DNA of 64,000 nt, from IMG/VR virus record IMGVR_UViG_2913820460_000006, positions 18,803 to 82,802 of that record; one strand, 5' to 3'. Of the stretch, positions 44,355 to 53,957 are shown in pieces. Under the pieces are notes generated by a model. That model had not been told where the DNA came from, searched no databases, and saw only the letters and a program-made list of their open reading frames with translations. Origin of the DNA: a virus (lineage: Duplodnaviria > Caudoviricetes). Both the position numbers and the translations under genes were made by a program. The stretch's first letter is position 1. The number at the start of each line of letters is the position of its first letter.

Positions 44355-44552
44355 TTATTTGTTTTCATTTTGAAACTCCATCCATGATATACGTACCAGT
44401 TTCCATGTGAGAAAGATGAATACAGCTGATACAAGATAGCCAATGAACGATGCGATGTTTCCAAGTATGATATGTGCCACAATGCTGACAACCACCGCAA
44501 AAAGCATGATGCAGGATAGTATCAGTTGTGAAATATTTACAAATTTGTTCAT
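44355..44552 (-). CDS. Small two-TM membrane protein
   Basis: 65 aa, strongly hydrophobic. Confidence 0.55.
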   Translation of the reverse strand: MNKFVNISQLILSCIMLFAVVVSIVAHIILGNIASFIGYLVSAVFIFLTWKLVRISWMEFQNENK

Positions 44553-44564
44553 GATGATTACAAA

Positions 44565-44756
44565 TTACGATATTCTGATTACTGTTATGATACGCTTTTC
44601 TCGGTCCGTTTCTGTCTGGTACTTACGATTCAGGATAAGTCCGAGATCGGAAGCCTGAGCACGGACGCTCTTAGTCTTTTCAATGGGGAAAGTAACCGTT
44701 TTACCTACTTCCAAATCCGTTAAAGTTGGACGTACTTTTACTTGATTTTCTGCCAT
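44565..44756 (-). CDS. First leftward early gene (Cro-position DNA-binding protein)
   Basis: 63 aa, divergent from the cI-like gene. Confidence 0.55.
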   Translation of the reverse strand: MAENQVKVRPTLTDLEVGKTVTFPIEKTKSVRAQASDLGLILNRKYQTETDREKRIITVIRIS

Positions 44757-44796
44757 TTTATTTGTTTTTTATGGGTTATTGTTTAACTTTATAGTG

Positions 44797-44880
44797 CAAA
44801 ACTAATATATTTATTCGTGGCGAACAAATATTTTCGTCATAAAATTTAGTGTATGCGAAATTAAATATTAGTCGACTAAT
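44797..44880. promoter_or_regulatory. Lysis/lysogeny switch region
   Basis: Minus-strand -7 box TAGTTTTG (44804-44797); perfect 14-bp palindrome ATTAGTCGACTAAT (44867-44880) just upstream of cI. Confidence 0.55.
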
Positions 44881-44897
44881 TCAAGTTCCTGTAAATC

Positions 44898-45272
44898 ATG
44901 AATTTAGAAATTGTTAGAAAATTGAGCGAAAACAGAGGTGGTGGATTAAAGAAACTTGCTGCTGATGTTGGAATGAGCGAACAAAATCTACATAGATGCA
45001 TTAGAAACAATAAGATTCAAGCGGCAGACTTAGAGAAGATTGCTTTTCTATTAAAAGCTGACATACGAATTTTTTTTGATGATGAAGTATCAAGACTATC
45101 AAATAATACAGTTGAAACAAACGGCGATTTTAGTCCTGCTTCGATGATGGGCAACGTGTCTGTAGGCACAGATGCTATTCTTGTAGAACGAGTGAAGCAT
45201 TTGGAAGAATTGTTGGCTGAAAAGGAGAGGTTGATTAAGGTTTATGAAAAGTTAGTAGAGGGAAAAAAATGA
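44898..45272 (+). CDS. XRE-family prophage repressor (CI-like, no S24 domain)
   Basis: N-terminal HTH LKKLAADVGMSEQNLHRCI, C-terminal coiled coil; divergent from the early lytic genes. Confidence 0.75.
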   Translation: MNLEIVRKLSENRGGGLKKLAADVGMSEQNLHRCIRNNKIQAADLEKIAFLLKADIRIFFDDEVSRLSNNTVETNGDFSPASMMGNVSVGTDAILVERVKHLEELLAEKERLIKVYEKLVEGKK

Positions 45273-45916
45273 GATATATAGTTGGAATAATATGTCTTAT
45301 TACTTCTTTACTGTTATGTGCTTGCAGTGAAGATGACGAGAAAGGCGCTGAACGCTATTCGGGTGTATTTTTGAGTATGGAGGCTATAGATGCTATTACT
45401 CCGGAAGATTCTTTTTCTGATGTCATATTGCATAATGTTGAGTTTGAAAAAGTGGAAGTAGGAAAAGGAGAGCCTATAGAAGCTGGTGATTACACTGTGA
45501 AGACAGAAACTACTTACGACTTAATCATGCAAGAATCCGAAGCTGATCTGTATATAAAAACAGAAAAAAGAACAGATAAAATGTTTGAGGCAACTTATGT
45601 ATATAAATATGTTTTTAAGCAGGGAACTTACGGAGTGATTGAAGTATCAGAAAATGCTATTACGGTCAACGGATATCCATATTGTAAACTTCAAAAATTT
45701 ACACTAATACGTACTGAACCAATTGGAGAAAAATATTCCAAACAAGATACAGAGACAGAAAATTACAAGGGAGTATTCTCCTGCAAAAGCAATGGTAGAA
45801 GCATAACTTTGTCAAATAGTGATTATATGTTTGAAGCCGCGCTTGATGGTAACGAATGTAGGTTAACAGAATTATCTCCTGAACATAAAAATATCGGCAC
45901 ATTAGAAAAGCAATGA
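45269..45916 (+). CDS. Lipoprotein co-transcribed with the repressor
   Basis: Signal peptide with lipobox LLCAC followed by acidic SEDDE; ATGA overlaps at both ends. Confidence 0.75.
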   Translation: MRYIVGIICLITSLLLCACSEDDEKGAERYSGVFLSMEAIDAITPEDSFSDVILHNVEFEKVEVGKGEPIEAGDYTVKTETTYDLIMQESEADLYIKTEKRTDKMFEATYVYKYVFKQGTYGVIEVSENAITVNGYPYCKLQKFTLIRTEPIGEKYSKQDTETENYKGVFSCKSNGRSITLSNSDYMFEAALDGNECRLTELSPEHKNIGTLEKQ

Positions 45917-46251
45917 ACGGAGAGTACCCATATTGTAAAACAGAGCCTTTTATGGATGAATTGAAAAAAGCCGCATTCAATGCTATCTACAAAGATGGTT
46001 GTGATAATTGTGGAGATTGGATAGATACATTGGTAAACTGTTATTCCGAAGAAGTGGTGGACACTCTTGGGAATAATCCCAATGAGGTTTATGCAGAATT
46101 GGAAGATATATGGGAAACCATGGATTATGAAGACCCTCGAACCGGTATTTGCCTAACTTATCAGAATTGGGCAGAATATTTCACAGGGGAGTTTGCCCAT
46201 ACAATCTACAATGAATTGATTAAATCAAAACAGGTGAACGAACGTAAATAA
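45913..46251 (+). CDS. Hypothetical acidic protein
   Basis: 112 aa, third gene of the cI operon. Confidence 0.6.
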   Translation: MNGEYPYCKTEPFMDELKKAAFNAIYKDGCDNCGDWIDTLVNCYSEEVVDTLGNNPNEVYAELEDIWETMDYEDPRTGICLTYQNWAEYFTGEFAHTIYNELIKSKQVNERK

Positions 46252-46279
46252 TCCGTTTTAAAGCGTTCAAACCTTTAAG

Positions 46280-46345
46280 ATGATAAAAGTATCGTTTTTC
46301 GTATTTGTGTTGATTGTGGCTTATCTATTTGCCTTAAATGGGTAA
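46280..46345 (+). CDS. Candidate 21-aa hydrophobic peptide
   Basis: MIKVSFFVFVLIVAYLFALNG; AT-rich upstream context. Confidence 0.3.
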   Translation: MIKVSFFVFVLIVAYLFALNG

Positions 46346-46544
46346 TATATCAAGACTGGTAGCGGCGAGTTCTTCGATAAATGGACGAAAACATTAATCA
46401 TAATAGACAGATACGAAGAAATTGAATAAACGAATATTGTTGAGAAGTATTATATAACTCATTGAAAAGTATCTTATTTTGGCAGCGGCGCAGGCAGCTG
46501 TTGAGGAATAATTCCTAGATAGAATTATCATATTATAGCATTAT

Positions 46545-46582
46545 CAGGCTGTAATTACCGGTTTTTCGGTGGTTACAGCCTG
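46545..46582. terminator. Long hairpin, probable terminator
   Basis: CAGGCTGTAATTACCG/CGGTGGTTACAGCCTG followed by TTTT. Confidence 0.7.
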
Positions 46583-46640
46583 TTTTGCGCTTGGACGGTT
46601 CGTGCATTTGACCGCACTATTCGAGCCAAATGAACAGAAA

Positions 46641-46693
46641 TGTTTGCTCTATGTTTACCCCGAAAAGCACCATGTTTTCCACTGTTTACCCCG
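46641..46693 (+). repeat. Short direct repeats upstream of the integrase (arm-type site candidates)
   Basis: TGTTTACCCCG at 46652 and 46683, with degenerate TGTTT copies at 46641 and 46673. Confidence 0.55.
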
Positions 46694-46734
46694 GATAATT
46701 CTGATGTTTTTTAATATGTAAATTCAAATCGATT

Positions 46735-48231
46735 ATGACGACATTAAAAGTAACCGTAAAGAGACCGAAGAGTGATGGACTTTATACAGTCTATATTCGA
46801 GTGACGCATGCGCGTAAGTCCGTTTACATAAATACCAATAAGGTAGTGGACGCAGCGCATATTTCCGACAGTGGTGAACCGACAGACCCGGTGGTAAAAG
46901 AACATTGTTCACGATTGGTCCGTGAGTATATGGATCGGTTGAACCGTGTGGACACAACCGCCTGGGACGTGAAGGAAGTGCTGGAGTATTTGCAAGAGAC
47001 CAATCAAGATGTCTGCTTCAGCGAATATGCCCGGGAGTTTATCCGGAAGATGGCCAATGACGGGCATGAGCGTAATGCCAAGAACTACAAGCTGGCAGTA
47101 AACCATCTGGAACGCTTTGTGGGGTCTAACAAAGTTATGTTTAGCTACCTAACCTCTGCTGTTCTAACCCATTGGTTGGAGTATCTGTCCAAAACCAACC
47201 GGGCAAAGGAAATGTACCCCACCTGTGTCCGGCAGATTTTCAAGAAGGCTCTGGTCGAGTTCAATGATGACGAACGGGGTATCTGCCGCATCAAGTTCAA
47301 CCCGTGGCTGAAGGTACAGATACCGAAGTCTGATACCACGACGAAGATTGCCATCAGTGCAGAAGCCTGCCGTGAGTTCTTCAACCGCCCCTTGCCCAAG
47401 ACCAAGATGCTGGCTTCTACTCCCGAACTGGGAAGAGATGTGGCACTTCTTTCCTTGTGTCTGGGTGGCATCAATACAGTGGACCTCTACTTGATGAAGA
47501 AGACCGACTATCGGGATGGCATCATCTGCTACAAACGAGCCAAGACCCGTCACAGCCGCAAAGATGAAGCCTACATCGAAATGCGGGTGGAACCCTTCAT
47601 TCAGGCTACCTTTGACAAATACCTTTCTACCGATGAAAACGATGAATACCTTTTCGTATTTCACAGCCGTTTCACGGATTCCGACAGCTTCAATGCAGGT
47701 GTAAACATCGGTATCAGAAGAATTTGTACGGACATGGGAATGAAGAAGGAAGACTTCTACCATTTCTATACCTTCCGTCACACTTGGGCGACCATCGCAC
47801 AGAATGACTGTGATGCCAATCTGTATGAAGTGGCCTTCGGTATGAACCATAGCCATGGTATGAATGTGACTCGTGGTTATGTGAAGATAGACTTCTCACC
47901 TGCCTGGAGGCTGAATGCCAAGGTAATAGACTTCATCTTCTTCAGCACCAAGAAGAGTAAGCAGGGAAAGGCAAAGGATCTTGGTGCGCCACAGGACAAG
48001 ATGTTCCGCATTTCACCCAAGATGATGATCTATGCCCGTGCCTATTTCAAAGGTGAAGTGATTGCTGAGTTGACCGACATCGGGTTCAGCAACGTCGATG
48101 AAGTCATTGACAAGCTTGTGCCGATGTTGCGCAAGGACATACCCGACGGCTGTAATGTTCAATTCCGTCTGACGAATTGTGATTCTCAAAAAGAAGCTGT
48201 GTATGAACGCAGTAAAGGAAAAGGATTTTAA
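46735..48231 (+). CDS. int: Tyrosine recombinase/integrase
   Basis: N-terminal arm-binding region, SAM-like domain, catalytic K (RAKTR), YTFRHTWAT, MNH and GY. The Arg-I position reads GINTVD. C-terminal extension present. Confidence 0.9.
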   Translation: MTTLKVTVKRPKSDGLYTVYIRVTHARKSVYINTNKVVDAAHISDSGEPTDPVVKEHCSRLVREYMDRLNRVDTTAWDVKEVLEYLQETNQDVCFSEYAREFIRKMANDGHERNAKNYKLAVNHLERFVGSNKVMFSYLTSAVLTHWLEYLSKTNRAKEMYPTCVRQIFKKALVEFNDDERGICRIKFNPWLKVQIPKSDTTTKIAISAEACREFFNRPLPKTKMLASTPELGRDVALLSLCLGGINTVDLYLMKKTDYRDGIICYKRAKTRHSRKDEAYIEMRVEPFIQATFDKYLSTDENDEYLFVFHSRFTDSDSFNAGVNIGIRRICTDMGMKKEDFYHFYTFRHTWATIAQNDCDANLYEVAFGMNHSHGMNVTRGYVKIDFSPAWRLNAKVIDFIFFSTKKSKQGKAKDLGAPQDKMFRISPKMMIYARAYFKGEVIAELTDIGFSNVDEVIDKLVPMLRKDIPDGCNVQFRLTNCDSQKEAVYERSKGKGF

Positions 48232-48252
48232 GTAAGATGTGTTGTTATGTGG

Positions 48253-48294
48253 AAAGCCATCCATTTCATTGCCTCAAATGAAATGGATGGCTTT
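48253..48294. terminator. Terminator downstream of the integrase
   Basis: Perfect 18-bp inverted repeat AAAGCCATCCATTTCATT/AATGAAATGGATGGCTTT. Confidence 0.75.
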
Positions 48295-48445
48295 TGCGTA
48301 GAACTATGTTTGATGGGACTTACCCCTTGGGCTTTTGGTAAGGTTATGTAGCATTTAACCAGAGGGAAAACACTTGTTCCTTCCCCATAAGCCACACTAC
48401 CCTTTGCGGTTAAGTGCAGCTCGTTTGACCTCCGGCTACCTGGCT

Positions 48446-48706
48446 TTATTTCGGCGGTGGAGAGGAACGCAGACTGGCAAAGACCAACACGGCGACAAAC
48501 ACCAACAGCTTCCATAGCAGGACAAAGGCATGTTTCAACAGCCACACCGCCAACTGAATCAGATTAATGGCAAGCCACAGACCCAGCTTCAGCACGATGC
48601 AGAACACGAACACCACCGGTACCAGATATATGAAGAATAACAGTAAAACCATAACATACATTTTAAGTGATTGACTACCCGTATATAGGGTGTTATCTAT
48701 ACTCAA
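48446..48706 (-). CDS. Small hydrophobic membrane protein
   Basis: Almost entirely hydrophobic from MVLLLFF; start uncertain. Confidence 0.4.
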   Translation of the reverse strand: MSIDNTLYTGSQSLKMYVMVLLLFFIYLVPVVFVFCIVLKLGLWLAINLIQLAVWLLKHAFVLLWKLLVFVAVLVFASLRSSPPPK

Positions 48707-48884
48707 ATATACTAATAATCAACGAGATAAGGAAATTTTCCAGTCTCTTTTTAATGTATTTTGGGTCACTTTTTCACCTGGTTCTCAGGCTGTTTCAACC
48801 TCCAAACCAAGGTGCAGACAACAGCGAAACATCGGTAGCATGAACATTCATGCAGTCGTTCTTCCGTCAATGCTTCAAATGCAC

Positions 48885-48934
48885 TTGGTCCAACAAAAAG
48901 ATAACAAAAAATGTTTGACCACATGTTGGACCAA
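48885..48934. repeat. 11-bp inverted repeat with an internal degenerate copy
   Basis: TTGGTCCAACA (48885-48895) / TGTTGGACCAA (48924-48934), 28-bp spacer containing TGTTTGACCA. Confidence 0.6.
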
Positions 48935-49570
48935 CTTCTTTTCCCTCTCGTTCTTTGACCATCGTTCGCAAGCGCCCAAAATCCTTTTCCCTTGAAGTAT
49001 GATACATCAGCGCAAGGTACATGACGCGACGGTTTGCCGATGAACATCTATATGCTTTGAGAGTTTCATGAACCAAGAGTTCAAGGGACTTTCAGAATGG
49101 GCAAACCCGAACACGCTTGTTTGCCTATACCTATATATAGATTGCTTCGTTCGTTCCAACTTGAGAATATCTGTTCTGATGTCGGAGCCATCAAGCTACG
49201 CAGATGGACTGTACCACGGAAACAAAGCTGCAGGTACATCCATTTCTTTGTAAGCAGCATCAATGTAACTTATATTCCGTAGAGCTGATGACCGCTGTCG
49301 CAAATTAACCTTGGAGAATGTATCTCACGAATGTCATCCTCTGCTGACCAATCCCCAATGTATGTTGAACCGACAACCCCCGTAACCGGGGTTCCATGGT
49401 GCAGACGACCCGCATTTCATAGTACGCGGAAAGCCTGGTAATCAAGTAAGTTGTACAGAAGATTTCTCCAAAGAATGATGTTGTGCATTTTTGTTCTTCG
49501 CAAAATTTTGCGGTAATTTGGGTCGAGAAATACCCGGGGAGCCTTCGAACTGCGTTGCATATGGAGCCAA

Positions 49571-49626
49571 GCAAGTTGTACCCTTGTCATTACAAAACAA
49601 GTTTTGTCCTCACAAGGGTCACTTGC
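49571..49626. promoter_or_regulatory. Candidate oriT (nested inverted repeats)
   Basis: Outer GCAAGT..ACCCTTGT/ACAAGGGT..ACTTGC and inner ACAAAAC/GTTTTGT, ~90 nt upstream of the mob accessory gene. Confidence 0.5.
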
Positions 49627-49713
49627 CGACTGCCGTGCAGCGGAGCGATGTGCATCGCTGTTTCGCTTCGCGAAAGAGGTGTCCGGGAATCCGAACAACT
49701 AAAGTCAAGGCAT

Positions 49714-50103
49714 ATGAAGAACCAGCGTACCAAAGTATTTCAGTTACGGCTTACCTCCGATGAACTGTTGAATCTGAAGGAAAAAGCCGTTCCTTACCAG
49801 TCTGTGAGCAACTATATCCGGCAGGCCGTGCAGGAATTTACCCATGTGGATGTCAGACAGCAGATTGAGATGATGCAGGACTTGCGAGCATTTTACCGGA
49901 AGTTCCAGAACGAATTGTCCTGGGCAGGCAGTAACTTGAATCAGTCGGTCAAGCGGGCCAACGAACTGGCGGTCGCCGGACTGCTGGCACCCAGTTATGT
50001 GTATGAGGTCCTGCTTCCTTCGATTCAGGATATGCAGGACACCTTGAACAAGCTGAAGGAGGATCTTGAATTGCTGCACCGAAACTCACGGCTGATGCGG
50101 TAA
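49714..50103 (+). CDS. Relaxosome accessory protein (MobC/MobA-type ribbon-helix-helix)
   Basis: VFQLRLTSDE...SVSNYIR RHH pattern and GSNLNQ signature; start moved to MKNQRT. Confidence 0.8.
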   Translation: MKNQRTKVFQLRLTSDELLNLKEKAVPYQSVSNYIRQAVQEFTHVDVRQQIEMMQDLRAFYRKFQNELSWAGSNLNQSVKRANELAVAGLLAPSYVYEVLLPSIQDMQDTLNKLKEDLELLHRNSRLMR

Positions 50104-50229
50104 GCACATTCACCATTCAGCGATATGGCATACCTGGAACCTTGGAGCCTCCCGATTGGGCATCCGAGGTTTCGTGTTTTTTAGCCCCCAATTCCTTGTT
50201 TCACGAATCACCCAACAAATGAACATACC

Positions 50230-51825
50230 ATGATAGCAACCATCCTTCCCGGAAGCGCCGACTTCCATGCCGTCGGCTACAACGAACACAAGGTCTTTAA
50301 AGGAGTGGCCACCCTGCTGGAGATGCGGAACTTCGGTGGACTGGACGCTTCGGAACATCCGACCGCCAAACAGCTGGTGCAGTTCCTCCAGCTCTATAGT
50401 TCCCAGAACAGCCGGATTCAGAAACCTCAGTTCCATGTAGCCATCTCCTGCAAGGGCCACGAGATGACGGAACAGCAGTTACTTGATTTCGCGCACCAGT
50501 ATCTGCAGGAAATGGGGTATGCCGAATCCGGACAACCCTGGCTCATCTATGCGCATCACGATACAGACAACACTCACTTGCACATTGTGACTTCGAGAGT
50601 GGCGCCCGACGGTCGCAAGATACAGCACGACCATGAACGCAGGCGCTCGCAGGTGGTTATTGACAAGATACTTGGAACCGACAGAACACAAAAGACAGAG
50701 AAAGACATCGAGGCCGCCAAGCAGTACAGTTTCTCCTCCTTTGCCCAGTTCAAGGCCGTGATGGGAACCATGGGCTATGAAGTTTTCCAGAAAGACGGGA
50801 ACGTCTTCGTCAAGCAAGGCGGCCGAATCCAAAAGAAACTCCCCCTGACAGAGATTGAAGTTCTATATAAGAAAGGTTATCAGGACAAGGCACGCAATCG
50901 CCAGCTGAGAGCCTGCCTGAAGAAATACCGGGATGTATGCGCCAATAAGGAAGAACTGCAGAAGGAAATGAAGAAGAATTTCGGCGTGGATGTGGTCTTC
51001 TTCGGCAAGAAAGACAAACCCTACGGCTACATGCTGATTGACCATGCCAACAAGACCGTCATTCATGGTGCCCGGGTTCTAGCCGTAGAAGAACTCCTCG
51101 ACTTTGCTACTCCCGAACAACGCTTTGATCGGATTGAAGCCTACATTGGCCAGTTACTCCAGCTGAACCCCAAGATAACCCAGGGAGAAATCTTCCAGAA
51201 ACTCAAGAAACAGCATGCCTATATAAAGAAAGGTGTCATCTTCTACGACGGCCAGTCCCGACCTCTTCCGGAAGAAATGGCAGCAGCCATCAACCGCAAC
51301 AACCGCATCAGCTTCATCGAGAAGTTCCGTCCGCAGAATGAAGCCGAAGTGGAACTGCTGTGCAAGGCTTTCAAGGTGGACCGCCCGGATATGGTAAGCA
51401 TCTCCACGGAGCGTCCTCCCAAGTATGCCGATTCCGTCAGCCGCCTGCATGAAATCTTCAGTGATTCCGAAGTGAAGTCCCCCCGCAGCGCCATGTACCA
51501 GGAAGGCTTCATCATCCGTCAGGTCGATGATACCTACTATGCCATCAACTTCAAGGAACATATCCTGATCAACCTGAATGAAGAAGGCTTCGATGTGGAA
51601 CGGGTGAAGAAGAAATCCAAGAAGCCAAAGCGCCAGGGAGTGCCGTTCAAGAAGTCCAAGAAGAAGACGCTCAATCCAGTCAAGAGTTTGCAGCGGAAGT
51701 CGCATCAAGGACTGGGCAAACTCCGGAAAGAAGGTGTCGGCAGCCACAGCGCCAACCGTGAATGGGAAGTCGGCAAGAAGACCAACTACGACGAAGTGGA
51801 CAACGGCCACTCCATGAAATGGTAA
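50230..51825 (+). CDS. Relaxase (MOBP-type)
   Basis: AVGYN catalytic Tyr, FHVAISC and HHDTDNTHLHIV (3H motif). Confidence 0.9.
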   Translation: MIATILPGSADFHAVGYNEHKVFKGVATLLEMRNFGGLDASEHPTAKQLVQFLQLYSSQNSRIQKPQFHVAISCKGHEMTEQQLLDFAHQYLQEMGYAESGQPWLIYAHHDTDNTHLHIVTSRVAPDGRKIQHDHERRRSQVVIDKILGTDRTQKTEKDIEAAKQYSFSSFAQFKAVMGTMGYEVFQKDGNVFVKQGGRIQKKLPLTEIEVLYKKGYQDKARNRQLRACLKKYRDVCANKEELQKEMKKNFGVDVVFFGKKDKPYGYMLIDHANKTVIHGARVLAVEELLDFATPEQRFDRIEAYIGQLLQLNPKITQGEIFQKLKKQHAYIKKGVIFYDGQSRPLPEEMAAAINRNNRISFIEKFRPQNEAEVELLCKAFKVDRPDMVSISTERPPKYADSVSRLHEIFSDSEVKSPRSAMYQEGFIIRQVDDTYYAINFKEHILINLNEEGFDVERVKKKSKKPKRQGVPFKKSKKKTLNPVKSLQRKSHQGLGKLRKEGVGSHSANREWEVGKKTNYDEVDNGHSMKW

Positions 51826-52057
51826 ATGAATGATGGACAGATGATTGAATATTGTTTGATTGAAGGAAATCTTCGCATTTTCAGTTTCATGGGACTACCT
51901 TCTGTAATCTTTTCGGGCATATAGACAGAAAAACTCCGGTAAAACAGCTCAAAATACAAAAGTTTGCCCGATTCCCTGCACACTGATGTTGTGCATTTAG
52001 GTTATCAATATCCTGGAATTTATTTTTGCTTCCGATTTAATTCAGACGAAAAACAAC

Positions 52058-52912
52058 ATGATACAGACACCTGTCATAGTAACCTTTGCCAACCAGAAGG
52101 GAGGTGTCGGAAAAACCTCCCTTTGCGTAACCTTCGCCAATTACCTGGTGACGAAAGGCGTCCGTGTGGTCGTTATCGACTGCGACTTCCAGCACTCCAT
52201 CATGAAGTGCCGCAAGTCAGACATCAAGCGCTACGGAGAAGAACTCATCCCCTATGAAGTATGGTCCTACGAAGTCAACGACAACAATGCCATGACCTCG
52301 CTGGTCGAGAAACTCCATAACGACCCGGAGATAGACGTGGCGCTGATGGACTCACCGGGCAGCCTGATGGCCAACGGACTGGTGCCGATGTTTGTCAACT
52401 CCGACATCATCGTTGTGCCTTTTCACTATGACCTGGTAACGGTTCCCTCCACCGCCAGCTTCCTGATGTTTTTGGATCGGCTCCGTAAAATGGTCGGTGC
52501 AAAGATGAAAGCCCGGCTCTTCATTGTACCCAATCAGCATGATCTCCGTGTGGGCAGGCGCTCGGAACTCCTCCTTTGGGACAACACCCGGGAAACCTTT
52601 TCCAACTACGGGTATGTCACCGCCAAGATTCCCAAACGGGCAGACATGGAAAGGTTCAGTACCATTGCAGGTCTGGATATGGCCTTGCCGATAGCAGCCC
52701 AAGTTTTTGACAAGCTGTATTCCTGCATCTTCGACACCCTGGACCCTCTGCGGGAAGTGGAACTCTCCGGCATCCAGCTCACGGAAAACCTCTATCCCAA
52801 GAGCGGAAAGAAAAAGTATCAGGCCGCCGCCACATCCATCGCCCTGTCCGAGGACGCAGCAGAAGATGAAAGTGAAGCAGCAGAGCCAGACGATAATCAA
52901 CTCAATCAGTAA
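52058..52912 (+). CDS. parA: ParA/TraA-family ATPase
   Basis: FANQKGGVGKTS, VIDCDFQ and LMDSPG. Confidence 0.9.
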   Translation: MIQTPVIVTFANQKGGVGKTSLCVTFANYLVTKGVRVVVIDCDFQHSIMKCRKSDIKRYGEELIPYEVWSYEVNDNNAMTSLVEKLHNDPEIDVALMDSPGSLMANGLVPMFVNSDIIVVPFHYDLVTVPSTASFLMFLDRLRKMVGAKMKARLFIVPNQHDLRVGRRSELLLWDNTRETFSNYGYVTAKIPKRADMERFSTIAGLDMALPIAAQVFDKLYSCIFDTLDPLREVELSGIQLTENLYPKSGKKKYQAAATSIALSEDAAEDESEAAEPDDNQLNQ

Positions 52913-52932
52913 CCATCAAAATAGCATTGCGT

Positions 52933-53370
52933 ATGAAAAATGACATTCCGGCATTGGATGACCTTATGCAAGGCATCAATGACCCCGACATCATTCTGGC
53001 AGACGAATCGCCCGATATGTTGGAACCCACACCCCAATCTCACAAGGAGGAAACAACGGAAGAGAACACCGAAGCAGTCCTTTCTCCTCAGGTTGAACAG
53101 GAAAGATACTGGAACGACTTCCTGAAACATCTGGAAGCCTCCGATGAACAGAACGACAAGAGCGAAAGGCTGGTCTGCAGGCTGGACCGCGACCTGGCAG
53201 ACTCACTCGACGACTGTGTCATCTACAACCGTAGCCGCTCCGACATGGTCAATGCCATCGTCCGCTCCTTCTTCGATGCCTACCTGCCGCAGCTGGCCCA
53301 GTTTCGCAGGGAAAAGAAATCATTGTTTACCAACTTCAATCAGCAAGCCTATGAGAAAGAGAAGAACTAA
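52933..53370 (+). CDS. ParA-partner/TraB-like protein
   Basis: Acidic N-terminus, C-terminal RHH-like pattern (VCRLDRDL...RSDMVNAIVRSF); follows parA. Confidence 0.5.
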   Translation: MKNDIPALDDLMQGINDPDIILADESPDMLEPTPQSHKEETTEENTEAVLSPQVEQERYWNDFLKHLEASDEQNDKSERLVCRLDRDLADSLDDCVIYNRSRSDMVNAIVRSFFDAYLPQLAQFRREKKSLFTNFNQQAYEKEKN

Positions 53371-53947
53371 CTGGACCGAACAGAAAATAGCCCTGCTCGT
53401 CCAGCTGTATCCCATCGAAACCACACCCCACACGGCACAGGTGCTGGATATGAGCGAACGCTCCGTGAAGATGAAGGCACGTCAGCTGGGGCTCAAGAAG
53501 ATGGAAAAAACCCGTTGGCTCGAACGTGCAGACTACATACGCAACCACTTCGGGCACCGCTCCTTTGCCGAAATCGGAAAGGATCTCGGTGTGTCCAGAG
53601 AATATGTGCGGAGAATTGCCGCCAATATGGGCTTGAAGCGTACCCCATCGGAAGACTTCAACCTCTTTTCAAGGATTCACACCGACATCATGCGTCGGGA
53701 AAGACGCAGGGTCATCTTTGGGCTGAGTCCCATCACCCGCATTAAGGTTGTGTCCAACCGGGCCCGAGTCCGCCTCCGTTCCTGGCTCAGGTCACAGGGC
53801 TATGTGGCCGGAGAGGAATACGGCATACTCTACTATCCCGATCATATCCGTCGAATCAAGGAATCGGAAATGAGAGGCGCCAAACTGGGATTCCGTTTCC
53901 TGCCTTTTCCGGTCGAAGCCACGGTGGTATTGTCTAACCTGCTATAA
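53351..53947 (+). CDS. Tandem-HTH DNA-binding protein
   Basis: Start at MRKRRTNWTE; two HTH-like units (TAQVLDMSERSV, AEIGKDLGVSREYV). Confidence 0.6.
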   Translation: MRKRRTNWTEQKIALLVQLYPIETTPHTAQVLDMSERSVKMKARQLGLKKMEKTRWLERADYIRNHFGHRSFAEIGKDLGVSREYVRRIAANMGLKRTPSEDFNLFSRIHTDIMRRERRRVIFGLSPITRIKVVSNRARVRLRSWLRSQGYVAGEEYGILYYPDHIRRIKESEMRGAKLGFRFLPFPVEATVVLSNLL

Positions 53948-53957
53948 AGAATCAATC

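Larger units (their letters stand above)
1..46600. mobile_element. Temperate Bacteroidales prophage (5' truncated; right boundary approximate)
   Basis: Contiguous portal, terminase, capsid, tail fibre, lysis, replication, recombination and cro/cI modules. AT-richer by eye than the DNA to the right. The att site was not pinpointed. Confidence 0.93.

Noticed and set aside
44898-45272. Repressor as a truncated pseudogene because it lacks an S24 domain
   Set aside because: The ORF is intact with a coherent C-terminal coiled coil and is coupled to the next gene; non-cleavable repressors are known.
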